Shown here: in pieces, positions 18,423-28,058 of the stretch | Numbering within the stretch: the first letter of the stretch is position 1 | How the letters are laid out: each line of letters begins with the position of its first letter | From: an uncultured bacterium | GTDB lineage: Bacteria > Eisenbacteria > RBG-16-71-46 | Reading direction: 5' to 3' | DNA: 64,000 nt | NCBI GenBank assembly: GCA_964609125.1 | Contig: CAZSQX010000002.1 | Coordinates: 102,621 to 166,620, forward strand | Notes under the pieces: model-generated | What the model saw: only the letters and a program-made list of their open reading frames with translations | Databases searched by the model: none | Told to the model about the DNA's origin: nothing | Program-made: the position numbers and the translations under genes

Positions 18423-19554
18423 ACCCGAGCAGCGCGCCCACCTGCGGCGCCAGCTCGTGCGGCGGTGATTCGCGCCAGAACACCTTCAGGTAGCCGTCGA
18501 GCGCCCAGGCGTTGAAGCCCACGAGCGAGAATTGCTGCAGCGTCTCGCTCATGAGGAAGCGCGGGAACATGCTTCCGCCGATCGCGTTCAGCCCCAGCAC
18601 CAGCAGGTTCGCGAGCCCCGAGAGCTGCTGGCGCGTGCGCGCGAGCGTCGCGAGCACGAGCCCGAACGCGGCGGCGGCCGCGGCGGTGCACACGGTCATC
18701 ACCACGAAGCCCGGCAGGTGCGACAGGAGCGGCAGCCGGAACGCGAGCGCGCCCCACACGAACATCACCAGGATCTGGGCGCACGCGAACGAGGTCAGCG
18801 ACAGCCACTTGGCGAGCAGCAGGCCGTTCATGCCGAGGCCGCTCGTCAGGACGCGCTCGAGCGTGCCGGACTCGGTCTCCTCGATCAGCGCCCCGCCCGC
18901 CCCGGCGGCGGAGAACATGATGAACATCACCGCGATGCCCGCGGCGTAGAACGCGATCATCGGGCTCGTCCGCTTCTGGCCGAGCACGGGCTGCTCCTCG
19001 AACGGGAGCGGCATCATCTGCTCCGCCGCGCTTCCGGGACCGAGCGGGAGGTCGCCGCCGCCGCTCGCCGCCACGCGCAGCGCCGCGCGCTGGAGCAGTC
19101 CGCCCACGAGCCGCGACGCGACCGGGTCGCCGGGGTCGGAGAGGATGACCGCGGGCACCCGGCTCGCGACGCTGAAGTTCATGATGGACCATTCGACGCC
19201 CGCGGGCAGCACGAGCGCCACGGACACGTCGCCCCGCTTCACCCACTGCTCGGCCAGCGCGCGCGTGAACGGCTCGCCGGCCCGGCCCGGGCCCCGGGCG
19301 CCGCGCGGAACGACGGCGTCCACGCGCAGGCCCGAGTCGGCCTCGAGCGCCCGGACGAGCGCCGCGCTGCGTTCCGTGCGCGACTCGTCGGCCACCACCA
19401 CGCGCACCCGGCTCGTGCGGCCCACGTTCGTGCCGCCGCCGAAGATCACCGCGAACACCGAGAAGAACACGATCGGCACGATGAACGACAGCACCTGCGC
19501 AGCGCGGTCGCGGGCGAGCTGGGCCCAGGCCCTCTGCACGAGCATCCCGATCAT
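18364..19554 (-). CDS. ABC-2 type transporter permease
   Basis: N-terminal TM, large extracytoplasmic loop, five C-terminal TMs. ATGA overlap with the upstream ATPase gene. Confidence 0.8.
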   Translation of the reverse strand: MIGMLVQRAWAQLARDRAAQVLSFIVPIVFFSVFAVIFGGGTNVGRTSRVRVVVADESRTERSAALVRALEADSGLRVDAVVPRGARGPGRAGEPFTRALAEQWVKRGDVSVALVLPAGVEWSIMNFSVASRVPAVILSDPGDPVASRLVGGLLQRAALRVAASGGGDLPLGPGSAAEQMMPLPFEEQPVLGQKRTSPMIAFYAAGIAVMFIMFSAAGAGGALIEETESGTLERVLTSGLGMNGLLLAKWLSLTSFACAQILVMFVWGALAFRLPLLSHLPGFVVMTVCTAAAAAAFGLVLATLARTRQQLSGLANLLVLGLNAIGGSMFPRFLMSETLQQFSLVGFNAWALDGYLKVFWRESPPHELAPQVGALLGFTVLFLFLARRFARRWETA

Positions 19555-20462
19555 TCGCGCAGCTCCCGCCCGGTGAGCTTCAGGAACACCGCCTGCAGGC
19601 TGGTCGTGCGCACCTCGAGGTCGCGCACGCCGAGCCCCGCTTCGCGCACGCGCGCGAGCAGCCCCGGCAGCTCCGCGCCGACGTCGCGGATGGTGGCCGT
19701 GAGCACGCCCGTGTCGCCCTCGCGCTGGAACCCCGGCGGCGCGGCGGCCGCGGCCCGGTCGAGGCGCAGGCGCACGAGCCGGCCCCCGAGCCCCGCCTGG
19801 TCCACAAGTTCAGGCAGGGTGCCCGCGGCGACGGCGCGCCCGCGGTCCACGACCACGATCCGCTCGCAGCGCGCCTCGGCCTCCTCCAGGTAGTGCGTGG
19901 TGAGCAGCAGCGACGCGCCGTCCGAGCGCAGCCCGGCGAGCATGTCGTAGATCCTCTCCCGGCTCTGCGGGTCCACGCCCACCGTGGGCTCGTCGAGCAG
20001 CACGAGCTTCGGCTCGTGCAGCACGCCGCAGGCGAGGTTCAGCCGACGCTTCATGCCGCCCGAGAACGACCGCACGACGCTGCGCGCGCGGTCGGCGAGC
20101 CCGGTCCACTCCAGCGCCCACGCGGTCCGCTCGCGCAGGCGCCTGCCCTCGAGCCCGTTCAGACGCCCGAACGTCTCCAGGTTCTCGCGCGCGGTCAGCA
20201 ACGGGTAGAGCGCGTTCTCCTGCGGCACCACGCCCAGGTCGGCGCGCGGCGCGCCGGCGGCGATCGCGCAGCCGAACAGCGTCACCGCGCCGGAGTCCAG
20301 CCGCACCCGGCCGGCGATGGCGCGGATGAGCGTCGTCTTGCCGGCGCCGTTCGGGCCCAGCAGCCCGAGCAGCTCCCCCTCGCCGAGCCTGAAGGTCAGC
20401 CCGTCCAGCGCCTGCGTGGCGCCGAACCGCTTGCGGGCGTCGCGGACCTCGAGGGCGGGCAT
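19551..20462 (-). CDS. ABC transporter ATP-binding protein
   Basis: Walker [10 protein letters not shown], signature FSGGMKRRL, Walker B LVLLDEPT. Start at the in-frame ATG inside ORF 19551..22394. Confidence 0.85.
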   Translation of the reverse strand: MPALEVRDARKRFGATQALDGLTFRLGEGELLGLLGPNGAGKTTLIRAIAGRVRLDSGAVTLFGCAIAAGAPRADLGVVPQENALYPLLTARENLETFGRLNGLEGRRLRERTAWALEWTGLADRARSVVRSFSGGMKRRLNLACGVLHEPKLVLLDEPTVGVDPQSRERIYDMLAGLRSDGASLLLTTHYLEEAEARCERIVVVDRGRAVAAGTLPELVDQAGLGGRLVRLRLDRAAAAAPPGFQREGDTGVLTATIRDVGAELPGLLARVREAGLGVRDLEVRTTSLQAVFLKLTGRELRE

Positions 20463-20837
20463 GGGTCGGTTCCGGGGTTGCCGCACGGGCCCGGCACGAA
20501 CCGGGCGCCGGCGGAGCGTGAGCGTCGCGCATCCTAGGGGAGGCGCGGCGGCCGGAGCGACCGGCACTCCGGCTCGACGCATTCGCATGCACTTACGTCG
20601 GTCCCGGATGGTCCGGCGGGCTTCTGCGCAGAAGCGAGAGTGCCGGGTGGCCGATAGGTGGCCCATGGGCACCCGGCCGGCGGGCGCCGGCTCGCGATGA
20701 ACGGACGAGACGGCCCGACGGCCGGGTGGGAGCGGCTTGTCGCCTCCCCCCGGCCCTCGTACCCTACCGCGCGTGCGGTCCGGATCGGCGGCCCGAACGT
20801 CGCGACCGGAGTGCGTGATCCACATGGAGGTGGTCCT

Positions 20838-22304
20838 ATGCGCCTGGTCAGAACTTTCGCCGCGCCCGTCCTCGCGGCGGCGTGGCTCGCGTCCGCCGTC
20901 CCGGCGGCCGCGGTCGAGTCCAAGACGTGGACGGTCTCGCTGCTCGGCGGCTACGGCGTGTTCGACGAGCGCCTGCGCTACCCGGCCGACTCGCTCGCCG
21001 ACGCCCCGCTCGGGGGCGTGCGGATCGGCTACAGGATCGCCCGCAACTTCACGATCGAGGCGAGCGGCAGCTACGGGAAGACGCACGAGCAGCGGCGCAA
21101 CGGCTCCAACGGCGACGACGTCACGGTGATCACGGGCGGCGGCGCGCTCCTCGCCAACCTTTCGCCCGAGTCCAAGTGGGGCGACCTCTACCTGGGCGCG
21201 GGCTACGGCTACAACCGCTACAAGGCCGATTCGGCCAGCGACGACGCGCACTTCGGCACGTTCGACGCGATCGCGGGCTGGACGATCCCGCTGGGCGACG
21301 TGGCCCGGCTCCGGCTCGAGGCGCGCAACCTCCTCAACGTGCCCAAGGAGGACTGGGCCAAGGCGAGCCTCTCCGACCAGCAGTACTGGGGCGGGCTCAC
21401 GTTCGGCTTCGGCGGCGCGCCGAAGGACACCGACGGCGACGGCGTGCCGGACCGGAAGGACAAGTGCCCCGACACGCCGAACGGCGCCACGGTGGACGCG
21501 ACGGGCTGCCCGACGGATTCCGACGGCGACGGCGTGTGGGACGGCCTCGACCAGTGCATCGGCACGCCCAAGGGCGCGACCGTGGACGCGAAGGGCTGCC
21601 CGACGGACGCGGACGGCGACGGCGTCTACGACGGGCTGGACGCGTGCGGCGACACGCCGAAGGGCGCGACCGTGGACGCGCGCGGCTGCCCGGCCGACTC
21701 CGACGGCGACGGCGTGTTCGACGGCCTCGACCAGTGCGCCGGCACGCCGAGGGGCGCGACGGTGGACGCGAAGGGGTGCCCGACCGACTCCGACGGCGAC
21801 GGCGTGTTCGACGGCCTCGACCGCTGCCCCGGCACCGCCGCCGGCCTCAAGGTGGACTCGGAGGGCTGCCCGATCGAGGTCACCGAGAAGGAGACCGAGC
21901 TGCTCGACACGGGCATGATCCGGCTCCAGAACGTGAACTTCGAGACCGGCCGCTCGACGCTGCTGCCCGAGAGCTACCCGGCGCTCGACGAGGTCGGGAC
22001 CATTCTGCTCAAGTGGCCGCAGCTCAACATCGAGATCGGCGGTCACACCGACTCGCGCGGCAGCCTGCCGTTCAACCAGCGCCTGTCCGAGGATCGCGCC
22101 CAGTCGGTGAAGGACTACCTGACGCAGAAGTTCACCGGCCTCGCGGCGGACCAGCTCTCGATCAAGGGCTACGGCGAGAGCCGGCCGCTGGTGCGGAACA
22201 CGACCCAGCTCAACATGGCGAAGAACCGCCGCGTCGAGTTCAAGGTCACGAACCGCGACGTGCTGAAGAAGGAGATCGAACGGCGGAAGCTGCTTCAGAA
22301 GTAG
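20838..22304 (+). CDS. OmpA-family outer membrane protein with TSP3 repeats (paralog of 14717..16237)
   Basis: GGAGG RBS; signal peptide; five TSP3 repeats; OmpA C-terminal domain. The C-terminal ~150 aa are near-identical in motif order to the first paralog. Confidence 0.85.
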   Translation: MRLVRTFAAPVLAAAWLASAVPAAAVESKTWTVSLLGGYGVFDERLRYPADSLADAPLGGVRIGYRIARNFTIEASGSYGKTHEQRRNGSNGDDVTVITGGGALLANLSPESKWGDLYLGAGYGYNRYKADSASDDAHFGTFDAIAGWTIPLGDVARLRLEARNLLNVPKEDWAKASLSDQQYWGGLTFGFGGAPKDTDGDGVPDRKDKCPDTPNGATVDATGCPTDSDGDGVWDGLDQCIGTPKGATVDAKGCPTDADGDGVYDGLDACGDTPKGATVDARGCPADSDGDGVFDGLDQCAGTPRGATVDAKGCPTDSDGDGVFDGLDRCPGTAAGLKVDSEGCPIEVTEKETELLDTGMIRLQNVNFETGRSTLLPESYPALDEVGTILLKWPQLNIEIGGHTDSRGSLPFNQRLSEDRAQSVKDYLTQKFTGLAADQLSIKGYGESRPLVRNTTQLNMAKNRRVEFKVTNRDVLKKEIERRKLLQK

Positions 22305-22411
22305 TCCGTCGGCGCTGAAGCGAGGGCCCGGGGGCATCCGCCCCCGGGCCCTGCGCGCTCTGGTACGATTCCCGGGTCGTCCCGCATCCCCCACCCGACC
22401 CCGGAGGCCCC

Positions 22412-23692
22412 GTGCGCACCCCCGCGTGGCTCGCGCTCGCGCTGGTCCTGGGCGCGCCGGCCGCGCCAGCCGCGCCCCAGTGGCAGGCGCTCCCCGGGGC
22501 GCCGGTCGCCCAGCGGCTGGACGATCTCCACTTCCTGGACGCGGACCACGGCTGGGTCTGCACCGGCGACGGCGGCATCTACCGCACGAGCGACGGCGGC
22601 GTCACCTGGCTGCTCGCCTACGAGAACCCCGCGCGCTACTTCCGCTGCATCCGCTTCGCCGACGCGCAGCACGGCTTCGCCGGCACGCTCACCTCGGGCG
22701 CGGTCCTCATGCGCACCACCGACGGCGGAGTGACCTGGAGCACCGTCGCCGACCTGCCCGAGCCGCGGCCCAACGCCCTGTGCGGACTGTCCGTGGCATC
22801 GCCCTCCGTCGTGTACGGCGTCGGCTCGTACGCCGGCCCGGCGCGGCTCATCAAGTCGGCGGACGGCGGCGCCACGTGGACGAGCAAGGACCTGGCCCCG
22901 CTCGCGAGCACGGCCATCGACGTGCACTTCAGGAACCCGTCGGAGGGCTTCGTGGTGGGGAGCGTGGGCGCGTTCCCCAGCTCGAACCGTTCGGTCGTGC
23001 TGCACACCACCGACGGCGGTGCCACCTGGCAGCAGCGCTTCGTCGGCACGCGGCTCGGGGAGTGGTGCTGGAAGATCTCGTTCCCCACGCCCGCGGTGGG
23101 CTACGTGTCGCTCGAGCGCTTCGCGGGGCCGATGTTCCTGCTCAAGACCGTGGACGGCGGCCTGACGTGGACGGAGCTGCCGTTCCCGGACTACAACGAG
23201 CAGGGCGTCGGATTCGCCACGCCCGACGTGGGCTGGATCGGCGGCGCCGACAATCCGACCATGGGCACGACCGACGGCGGCTCGACCTGGACGCCGACGC
23301 CGTGGGGCGACTACCTGAACCGGTTCCAGTTCCTGAGTCCGACGCTCGGCTACGGCAGCGGCGTCACCGTGTACCGCTATGCGGAATCGTCGCTGGCCGC
23401 GGGCGACGACAAGCCGCGGCCGCGGCCGGCGCAGGTCGCCCCCAATCCGTTCGGCCCGCGGACCACGATCCGGTTCACGCTCCGGCGGCCCGGGCGCGTC
23501 CAGTTGCTGATCGCCGACCCGTCCGGCCGCGTCGTGCGGACGCTGGGCGAGGGGCCCCGCGTCGCCGGGCCGCACGTGGTGGAGTGGGACGGGCGCACGG
23601 ACCGCGGCGCGCGCGCGCCGGCGGGCATCTACCTCTACATCCTGCACGCCGGCGAGCAGCACGAGATGGGGAAGCTGGTGCGCGTCCCGTAG
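22412..23692 (+). CDS. BNR/Ycf48-like beta-propeller protein with C-terminal FlgD-Ig/T9SS-type sorting domain
   Basis: GTG start with GGAGG RBS. Repeated TxDGGxTW units. Last ~80 aa are PNPFxxxTxIRFxL...GRxVRTL...AGIYLYIL. Confidence 0.7.
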   Translation: MRTPAWLALALVLGAPAAPAAPQWQALPGAPVAQRLDDLHFLDADHGWVCTGDGGIYRTSDGGVTWLLAYENPARYFRCIRFADAQHGFAGTLTSGAVLMRTTDGGVTWSTVADLPEPRPNALCGLSVASPSVVYGVGSYAGPARLIKSADGGATWTSKDLAPLASTAIDVHFRNPSEGFVVGSVGAFPSSNRSVVLHTTDGGATWQQRFVGTRLGEWCWKISFPTPAVGYVSLERFAGPMFLLKTVDGGLTWTELPFPDYNEQGVGFATPDVGWIGGADNPTMGTTDGGSTWTPTPWGDYLNRFQFLSPTLGYGSGVTVYRYAESSLAAGDDKPRPRPAQVAPNPFGPRTTIRFTLRRPGRVQLLIADPSGRVVRTLGEGPRVAGPHVVEWDGRTDRGARAPAGIYLYILHAGEQHEMGKLVRVP

Positions 23693-23803
23693 CGCGGCCC
23701 GCGCACGCTTCGGCCCGCCGCGTCATTTCCCACGCCCGCGGGCGGATGGCAAGATGCCGGGAAGTCCGCCTCGTCCCCACCCCGCGCGGCCCCGGAGGCC
23801 CCC

Positions 23804-24991
23804 ATGACCGTCGCCACCCCGCACTTCACCGGAGCCGACCTGGACGAGCTGGTCGCCACCCGGCGCGACCTGCACGCGCACCCCGAGCTGGGCTTCGAGG
23901 AGGTGCGCACGTCCGGCCTCGTGGCCGCGCGCCTGCGCGCGCTGGGGCTCGAGCCGCGGACGCACGTGGGCCGCACCGGCGTGCTCGCGCGCATCGCCGG
24001 CGGCCGGCCGGGCAAGACCGTGCTGCTCCGCGCCGACATGGACGCCCTCCCGATCCACGAGGAGAACGACGTCCCCTACCGCTCGCAGGCCCCGGGCCGG
24101 ATGCACGCCTGCGGCCACGACTGCCACACCAGCATCCTGCTCGGCGTGGCGAAGCGCCTCGTCGCCGAGGCGCGCGAGACGAAGGGCGACGTCGTGCTCT
24201 GCTTCCAGCCGGCCGAGGAGCTGGGCGGCCCCAAGGGCGGCGCCGAGGCGATGATCCTGGACGGCGCGCTCGAGTGGGCGAAGGCCGACGCCGCGTTCGG
24301 CCTGCACGTGTGGCAGGACCTGCCGCTCGGCCTCGTCGGGGTGACCGCCGGCCCCTGGATGGCGGCGGTGGACGAGTTCACCGTGACGTTCAAGGGCAGG
24401 GGCGCGCACGCGGCCATGCCGCAGGCCGGGCGCGATCCCATCGTGGCGCTCGCGCACGCGGTGACCGCGCTCCAGTCGCTCGCCAGCCGCAACGCCGACC
24501 CCCTGAAGGAGCTGGTCGTGAGCGTGACGCAGCTTCGCGCCGGCTCCGCGTTCAACATCATCCCCGAGACCGCGTGGATGAACGGCACGATCCGCGTCTT
24601 CGACCGCGACCTGTGGGCGCGCATTCCGCGCGACTTCGAGCGCGTCGTGCGCGGCGTGGCGGCGGCGCTCGATTGCGAGGCGGATGTCCTCTACGAGCGC
24701 GGCAACAAGCCCACGGTGAACGATCCGGCGATGTGCGCGTTCGCGCGCGCCGCGGCGGCCAGCGTCGTGGGCGAGGCGAACGTGCGTGCCGACGTGCGCA
24801 CCATGGGCGGCGAGGACTTCTCGGCGTTCCTCGAGCGTGTCCCGGGCGTGTTCATCGCCATCGGCTCGCGCAACGAGTCGCGCGGGCTCACGCACGACCA
24901 TCACCACCCGCGCTTCGACGTGGACGAGGAGAGCCTTCGGATCGGCGCCGAGGTGCTGCTGGAGACGACGCGCCGGTACCTGTCCGCGTGA
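23804..24991 (+). CDS. M20-family amidohydrolase (N-acyl-L-amino acid amidohydrolase/hippuricase-like)
   Basis: MHACGHDxH metal-binding motif and M20 dimerisation domain. GGAGG RBS. Confidence 0.85.
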   Translation: MTVATPHFTGADLDELVATRRDLHAHPELGFEEVRTSGLVAARLRALGLEPRTHVGRTGVLARIAGGRPGKTVLLRADMDALPIHEENDVPYRSQAPGRMHACGHDCHTSILLGVAKRLVAEARETKGDVVLCFQPAEELGGPKGGAEAMILDGALEWAKADAAFGLHVWQDLPLGLVGVTAGPWMAAVDEFTVTFKGRGAHAAMPQAGRDPIVALAHAVTALQSLASRNADPLKELVVSVTQLRAGSAFNIIPETAWMNGTIRVFDRDLWARIPRDFERVVRGVAAALDCEADVLYERGNKPTVNDPAMCAFARAAAASVVGEANVRADVRTMGGEDFSAFLERVPGVFIAIGSRNESRGLTHDHHHPRFDVDEESLRIGAEVLLETTRRYLSA

Positions 24992-26418
24992 GCGGCCCCC
25001 GCGACGGGGCCGCGCCGGCGGACGCGGACGGCACCCGGGTCGAGCGGGCGGCAGGCGATGCGCGCCCCGGACCCGGACTCCGGCCCGGCGCACGGGTCCG
25101 GCGCGCGGGCGCGCTCGCCACGGCGCTGCTGGCCGCGCTGGCGCCGTTCGCCGCCGCGGACTGGCTCGCGCCCGACGCCAGCTTCCGCGAGGCGCAGCTT
25201 CAGATCCGCTACGCCGCGCGCGACACGGCCGAGAAGGGGGCGAGCCGTTCGACGCTCGACACGCTTGGCGCCGCCTTGCTGCGGCTCGGCCGCACGGCCG
25301 AGGCGCGGGCGATGTTCGAACGCGTGCTCGCGCTCGAGCCGCGCGACCCCACCGCGCTCGCCGCGCTCGGGAAGTTCGCGCTGTGGGACGACCGGCTCGC
25401 CGAGGCCGAGAGCCTGCTCGCCGCGGCGGGGCCGGTGGGAGGCGCGCGCGCCGACCTGTACGCGGCGCGGCTCCGGCGCGGCGCCTGGGCCGAGGCGGCG
25501 GCGCTGTGCGAGGAGGCGGGCGACGAGGGCCGCAAGCCGCTGCTCGAGCACCTCGCCGCCGGCGAGCCCACGCGCGTGACCGGCGACCGGGCGCGCATCC
25601 TGTTCGAGCGCCCGTGGCCGGCGCCGCTCGTGGAGGTGAAGCTCAACGGCACCACGGTCGTGATGCTGGTGGACACCGGCACCCCGGGGCTCCTCGTGGA
25701 CCGCCAGGCCGCCGCGCTCCATGGCGTCACGCTGCTCGCCGGCCAGCGGCTCCAGCCGTGGGGCGGCACGCGCGTGGCGGTGCGGAACGCGAGCGTCCGC
25801 CGGCTCGAGCTGGGCGACATCCGGATCGAGGGCGTGCCCGCCGGCGTGCTTTCGCTCCACAAGCTCTCGATCGAGGTGAATCCACAGGCCGCGCCGGTCT
25901 CGGGCGTCATCGGCGTGGACGTGCTGCGCCGATTCGACGTCACGTTCGACTACCGCAGGCGGCGGCTGGAGCTGGCTCCGCTCGGCTGGGCCGCCGGCGT
26001 GCAGGGCGCGCGGGTCCCGTTCGACCTGTGGGGCGAGGGCGAGATCACCACCTGGGGCGCCATCCAGGGCGGCCGTCGCATGGCGATGATGCTCTCCACC
26101 GGGCTCCCCGGCGGCGGCGTGGGCGCGCCCGATGTGGTGTTCGAGGAGCACGGCCTCAAGCCCGGCGGCGTGTCGAAGGCGTTGCGCGGCATGGGCGAGT
26201 GGCTGAACGCCCGCCCGTGGGCGCAGGTGGGCGTGCCCTCGCTCACGCTCGGCCCGGTCGCGTTCAACCGGCTCCCGGGCTGGGCGGGCGCGATGGACGC
26301 GTCCGAGCTGTGGCGGCACGGCGTGCGGCGCGACGCGCTCCTCGGCCCCGGCATCCTCGCCAAGCGGCGGATGACGATCGACTGGACGCGCCGCGAACTG
26401 GTGTTCGAGGAGGACTGA
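24988..26418 (+). CDS. retropepsin-like aspartyl protease with N-terminal TPR-like region
   Basis: VMLVDTGTPGLLV aspartic protease motif and a second half-site (GVIGVDVL). GTG at 24988 overlaps the M20 stop (GTGA); exact start uncertain. Confidence 0.6.
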   Translation: MSGPRDGAAPADADGTRVERAAGDARPGPGLRPGARVRRAGALATALLAALAPFAAADWLAPDASFREAQLQIRYAARDTAEKGASRSTLDTLGAALLRLGRTAEARAMFERVLALEPRDPTALAALGKFALWDDRLAEAESLLAAAGPVGGARADLYAARLRRGAWAEAAALCEEAGDEGRKPLLEHLAAGEPTRVTGDRARILFERPWPAPLVEVKLNGTTVVMLVDTGTPGLLVDRQAAALHGVTLLAGQRLQPWGGTRVAVRNASVRRLELGDIRIEGVPAGVLSLHKLSIEVNPQAAPVSGVIGVDVLRRFDVTFDYRRRRLELAPLGWAAGVQGARVPFDLWGEGEITTWGAIQGGRRMAMMLSTGLPGGGVGAPDVVFEEHGLKPGGVSKALRGMGEWLNARPWAQVGVPSLTLGPVAFNRLPGWAGAMDASELWRHGVRRDALLGPGILAKRRMTIDWTRRELVFEED

Positions 26419-26503
26419 GACCGCTCCCGCCGGACGCGGTGCCGCGCTCGGGCCCGGTTCGAGCCGCTCGTCCGACCCGCGGACCCGCCGGCGCGCGGGC
26501 GGA

Positions 26504-27064
26504 CTAGTTCGACCCGCCCGAGGGCGCCGGCTGCGCGGGCGGCGCCTCGGCGGGGGCCTCACGCGAACCGGACCGCTCCTCGCGGTGCTCGCCCGCGCGG
26601 GCGCTCTTCACGAGCTGGCCGTCCACCTTCACGTTGGCGCCGTGCTCGTACGTGAGCTTGCCGCCGAGCAGGCCCGTGCGCGTCACGGCGACCGCCGCCA
26701 TGACCTGCAGCACCAGCGCCAGGCCGCCCACCGCGCCCGCCGCGCCGCCCTTGAGCCGCGACGCGACCGCCACGGCGGCCACCGCTCCGCCGGAGGTCCA
26801 CGTCACCCACTTCGCCGCGTCGGAGTGCTCGTGGATGGCCTCTTCGGGCACGCCCTGGTCGTGCTCCGGTACGCGGTGCGCGGGCTTGCCCGACTGCTCG
26901 GCGAGAAACGAGCCGACGAAACCGATCACCAGCAGCAGCACCGAGGTCTTGCGCAGCCACTCGCGGTCGAGGAGCCGGCCGGCGATGGCGAAGAGGGCGC
27001 TGAAGACGAGCAGCGCGATCGGCGTGTGTACGATCTGCGGATGGAACGGACCGAGGAAGTCCAT
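26504..27064 (-). CDS. DUF2231-like membrane protein
   Basis: Start at M62 of ORF 26504..27247 with a GGAG RBS. Upstream in-frame codons run into the repeat element, so the longer ORF is rejected. Confidence 0.6.
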   Translation of the reverse strand: MDFLGPFHPQIVHTPIALLVFSALFAIAGRLLDREWLRKTSVLLLVIGFVGSFLAEQSGKPAHRVPEHDQGVPEEAIHEHSDAAKWVTWTSGGAVAAVAVASRLKGGAAGAVGGLALVLQVMAAVAVTRTGLLGGKLTYEHGANVKVDGQLVKSARAGEHREERSGSREAPAEAPPAQPAPSGGSN

Positions 27065-27140
27065 GGAAGCCTCCGGAAGGGACGGGTTCACAGCGCGCGC
27101 AGGATAGGGGCGCCGCGCGGGGTCGGGCAACGGCCGGGAC

Positions 27141-27250
27141 GCCCGGGCCGGGATCGATTCACCCGCGGGGACCCCGCTTCGCGGCCCCACTCGCGAATCG
27201 ACGCCGCCCCGACCCGGCTTCCGAGGTGCCGAATCGATGAAAGCCATCTA
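27141..27250. repeat. ~100-bp palindromic repeat element, copy A (inverted relative to copy B)
   Basis: The reverse complement of ~27141-27242 matches 30377-30477 with about 5 mismatches in ~101 bp. Contains nested inverted subrepeats (tcgattc/gaatcga, ccgggccggg/cccggcccgg). Intergenic. Confidence 0.75.
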
Positions 27251-27261
27251 GAGTCCCGCGC

Positions 27262-27939
27262 GTGAGCGCCCGTCCGCCGCTGCCCGTGATCGTGCTGCGC
27301 GTGCTGGTCGCGCTCGCGGCGGAGACCGCGCTGCTCGCGTGGGGCCTCGGGGGCCTCGCGGCGCTGCTCGCCTCGCCGCGCGCGCTGGCGCTCGTCGCGA
27401 TCTGGGGCGTCACCGGGCTCGTGCTCGGCGTGTCCCGCCCGACGCGCGCCCACGACACGGTGCGCGCCGAGCGCGACCCGCTGCCGATGCTGGCGCTCGC
27501 GCTCCTGCCGCTCGCCATCCCCGGGGTCGCGGCGTGGGGCGGCCGGCTGGGGCTGTGGCCGCTCCCGGCGCCCGAGGCGACCGGCTGGCTGGGCGTGGCG
27601 CTCGCGGCGCTCGGGCTCTGGATCCGCGTCTCCGCCATGCGGCAGCTCGGCGGGCGGTTCTCGCCGTTCGTGGCGCTCCAGCGCGAGCACGCGCTCGAGA
27701 CCACCGGTTGGTACGCGCGGGTCCGGCACCCGGGCTACCTCGGCGCGCTGATCGCGAGCCTCGGCGCGGCGCTCGCCTTCGGGAGCGCGCTCGCGCTCCC
27801 GCTCGTGGCGGCGATGTGCGGGTTCCAGTGGCGCCGGGTCCGGCACGAGGAGCGGGTGCTCGCGAGTCACTTCGGCGAGGCGTGGCGTGCCTACGCGGCG
27901 CGCACCGGCGCACTGCTCCCGAGGTTCGGAGCGCGCTGA
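27262..27939 (+). CDS. isoprenylcysteine carboxyl methyltransferase / phospholipid methyltransferase-family membrane protein
   Basis: GTG start. Multi-TM protein with the ICMT/PEMT-family motif GWYARVRHPGYLG and C-terminal EE...W. Confidence 0.7.
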   Translation: MSARPPLPVIVLRVLVALAAETALLAWGLGGLAALLASPRALALVAIWGVTGLVLGVSRPTRAHDTVRAERDPLPMLALALLPLAIPGVAAWGGRLGLWPLPAPEATGWLGVALAALGLWIRVSAMRQLGGRFSPFVALQREHALETTGWYARVRHPGYLGALIASLGAALAFGSALALPLVAAMCGFQWRRVRHEERVLASHFGEAWRAYAARTGALLPRFGAR

Positions 27940-28058
27940 GAGGCCGGCCGCGCCCCGCACCCGGGCGGTCCCCCGCCCGCACGCTTTCGCGCGGATGCCG
28001 CGGGTCCGCTGTCGCCGGAGCCTTGACCCTCCCCGGGGCATCCCCGAGACTCCGCGTC

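Noticed and set aside
22426-26418. 1330-aa plus-strand ORF covering the BNR, M20 and protease genes
   Set aside because: Alternative-frame read-through. The BNR and M20 genes have their own frames with RBSs. Only the final ~476 codons (from GTG 24988) are retained, as the protease.
26504-27247. 247-aa version of the DUF2231 ORF extending over repeat copy A
   Set aside because: The N-terminal 61 codons are translated repeat element (the same peptide string appears antisense in copy B). The internal ATG at 27062..27064 with a GGAG RBS is the likely start.
27339-28058. Longer 459-aa version of the Ogt ORF starting inside the ICMT-like gene
   Set aside because: The first 240 codons are an alternative frame of the methyltransferase gene (Arg/Gly/Ala low complexity). 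The Ogt domain starts at ATG 28059.
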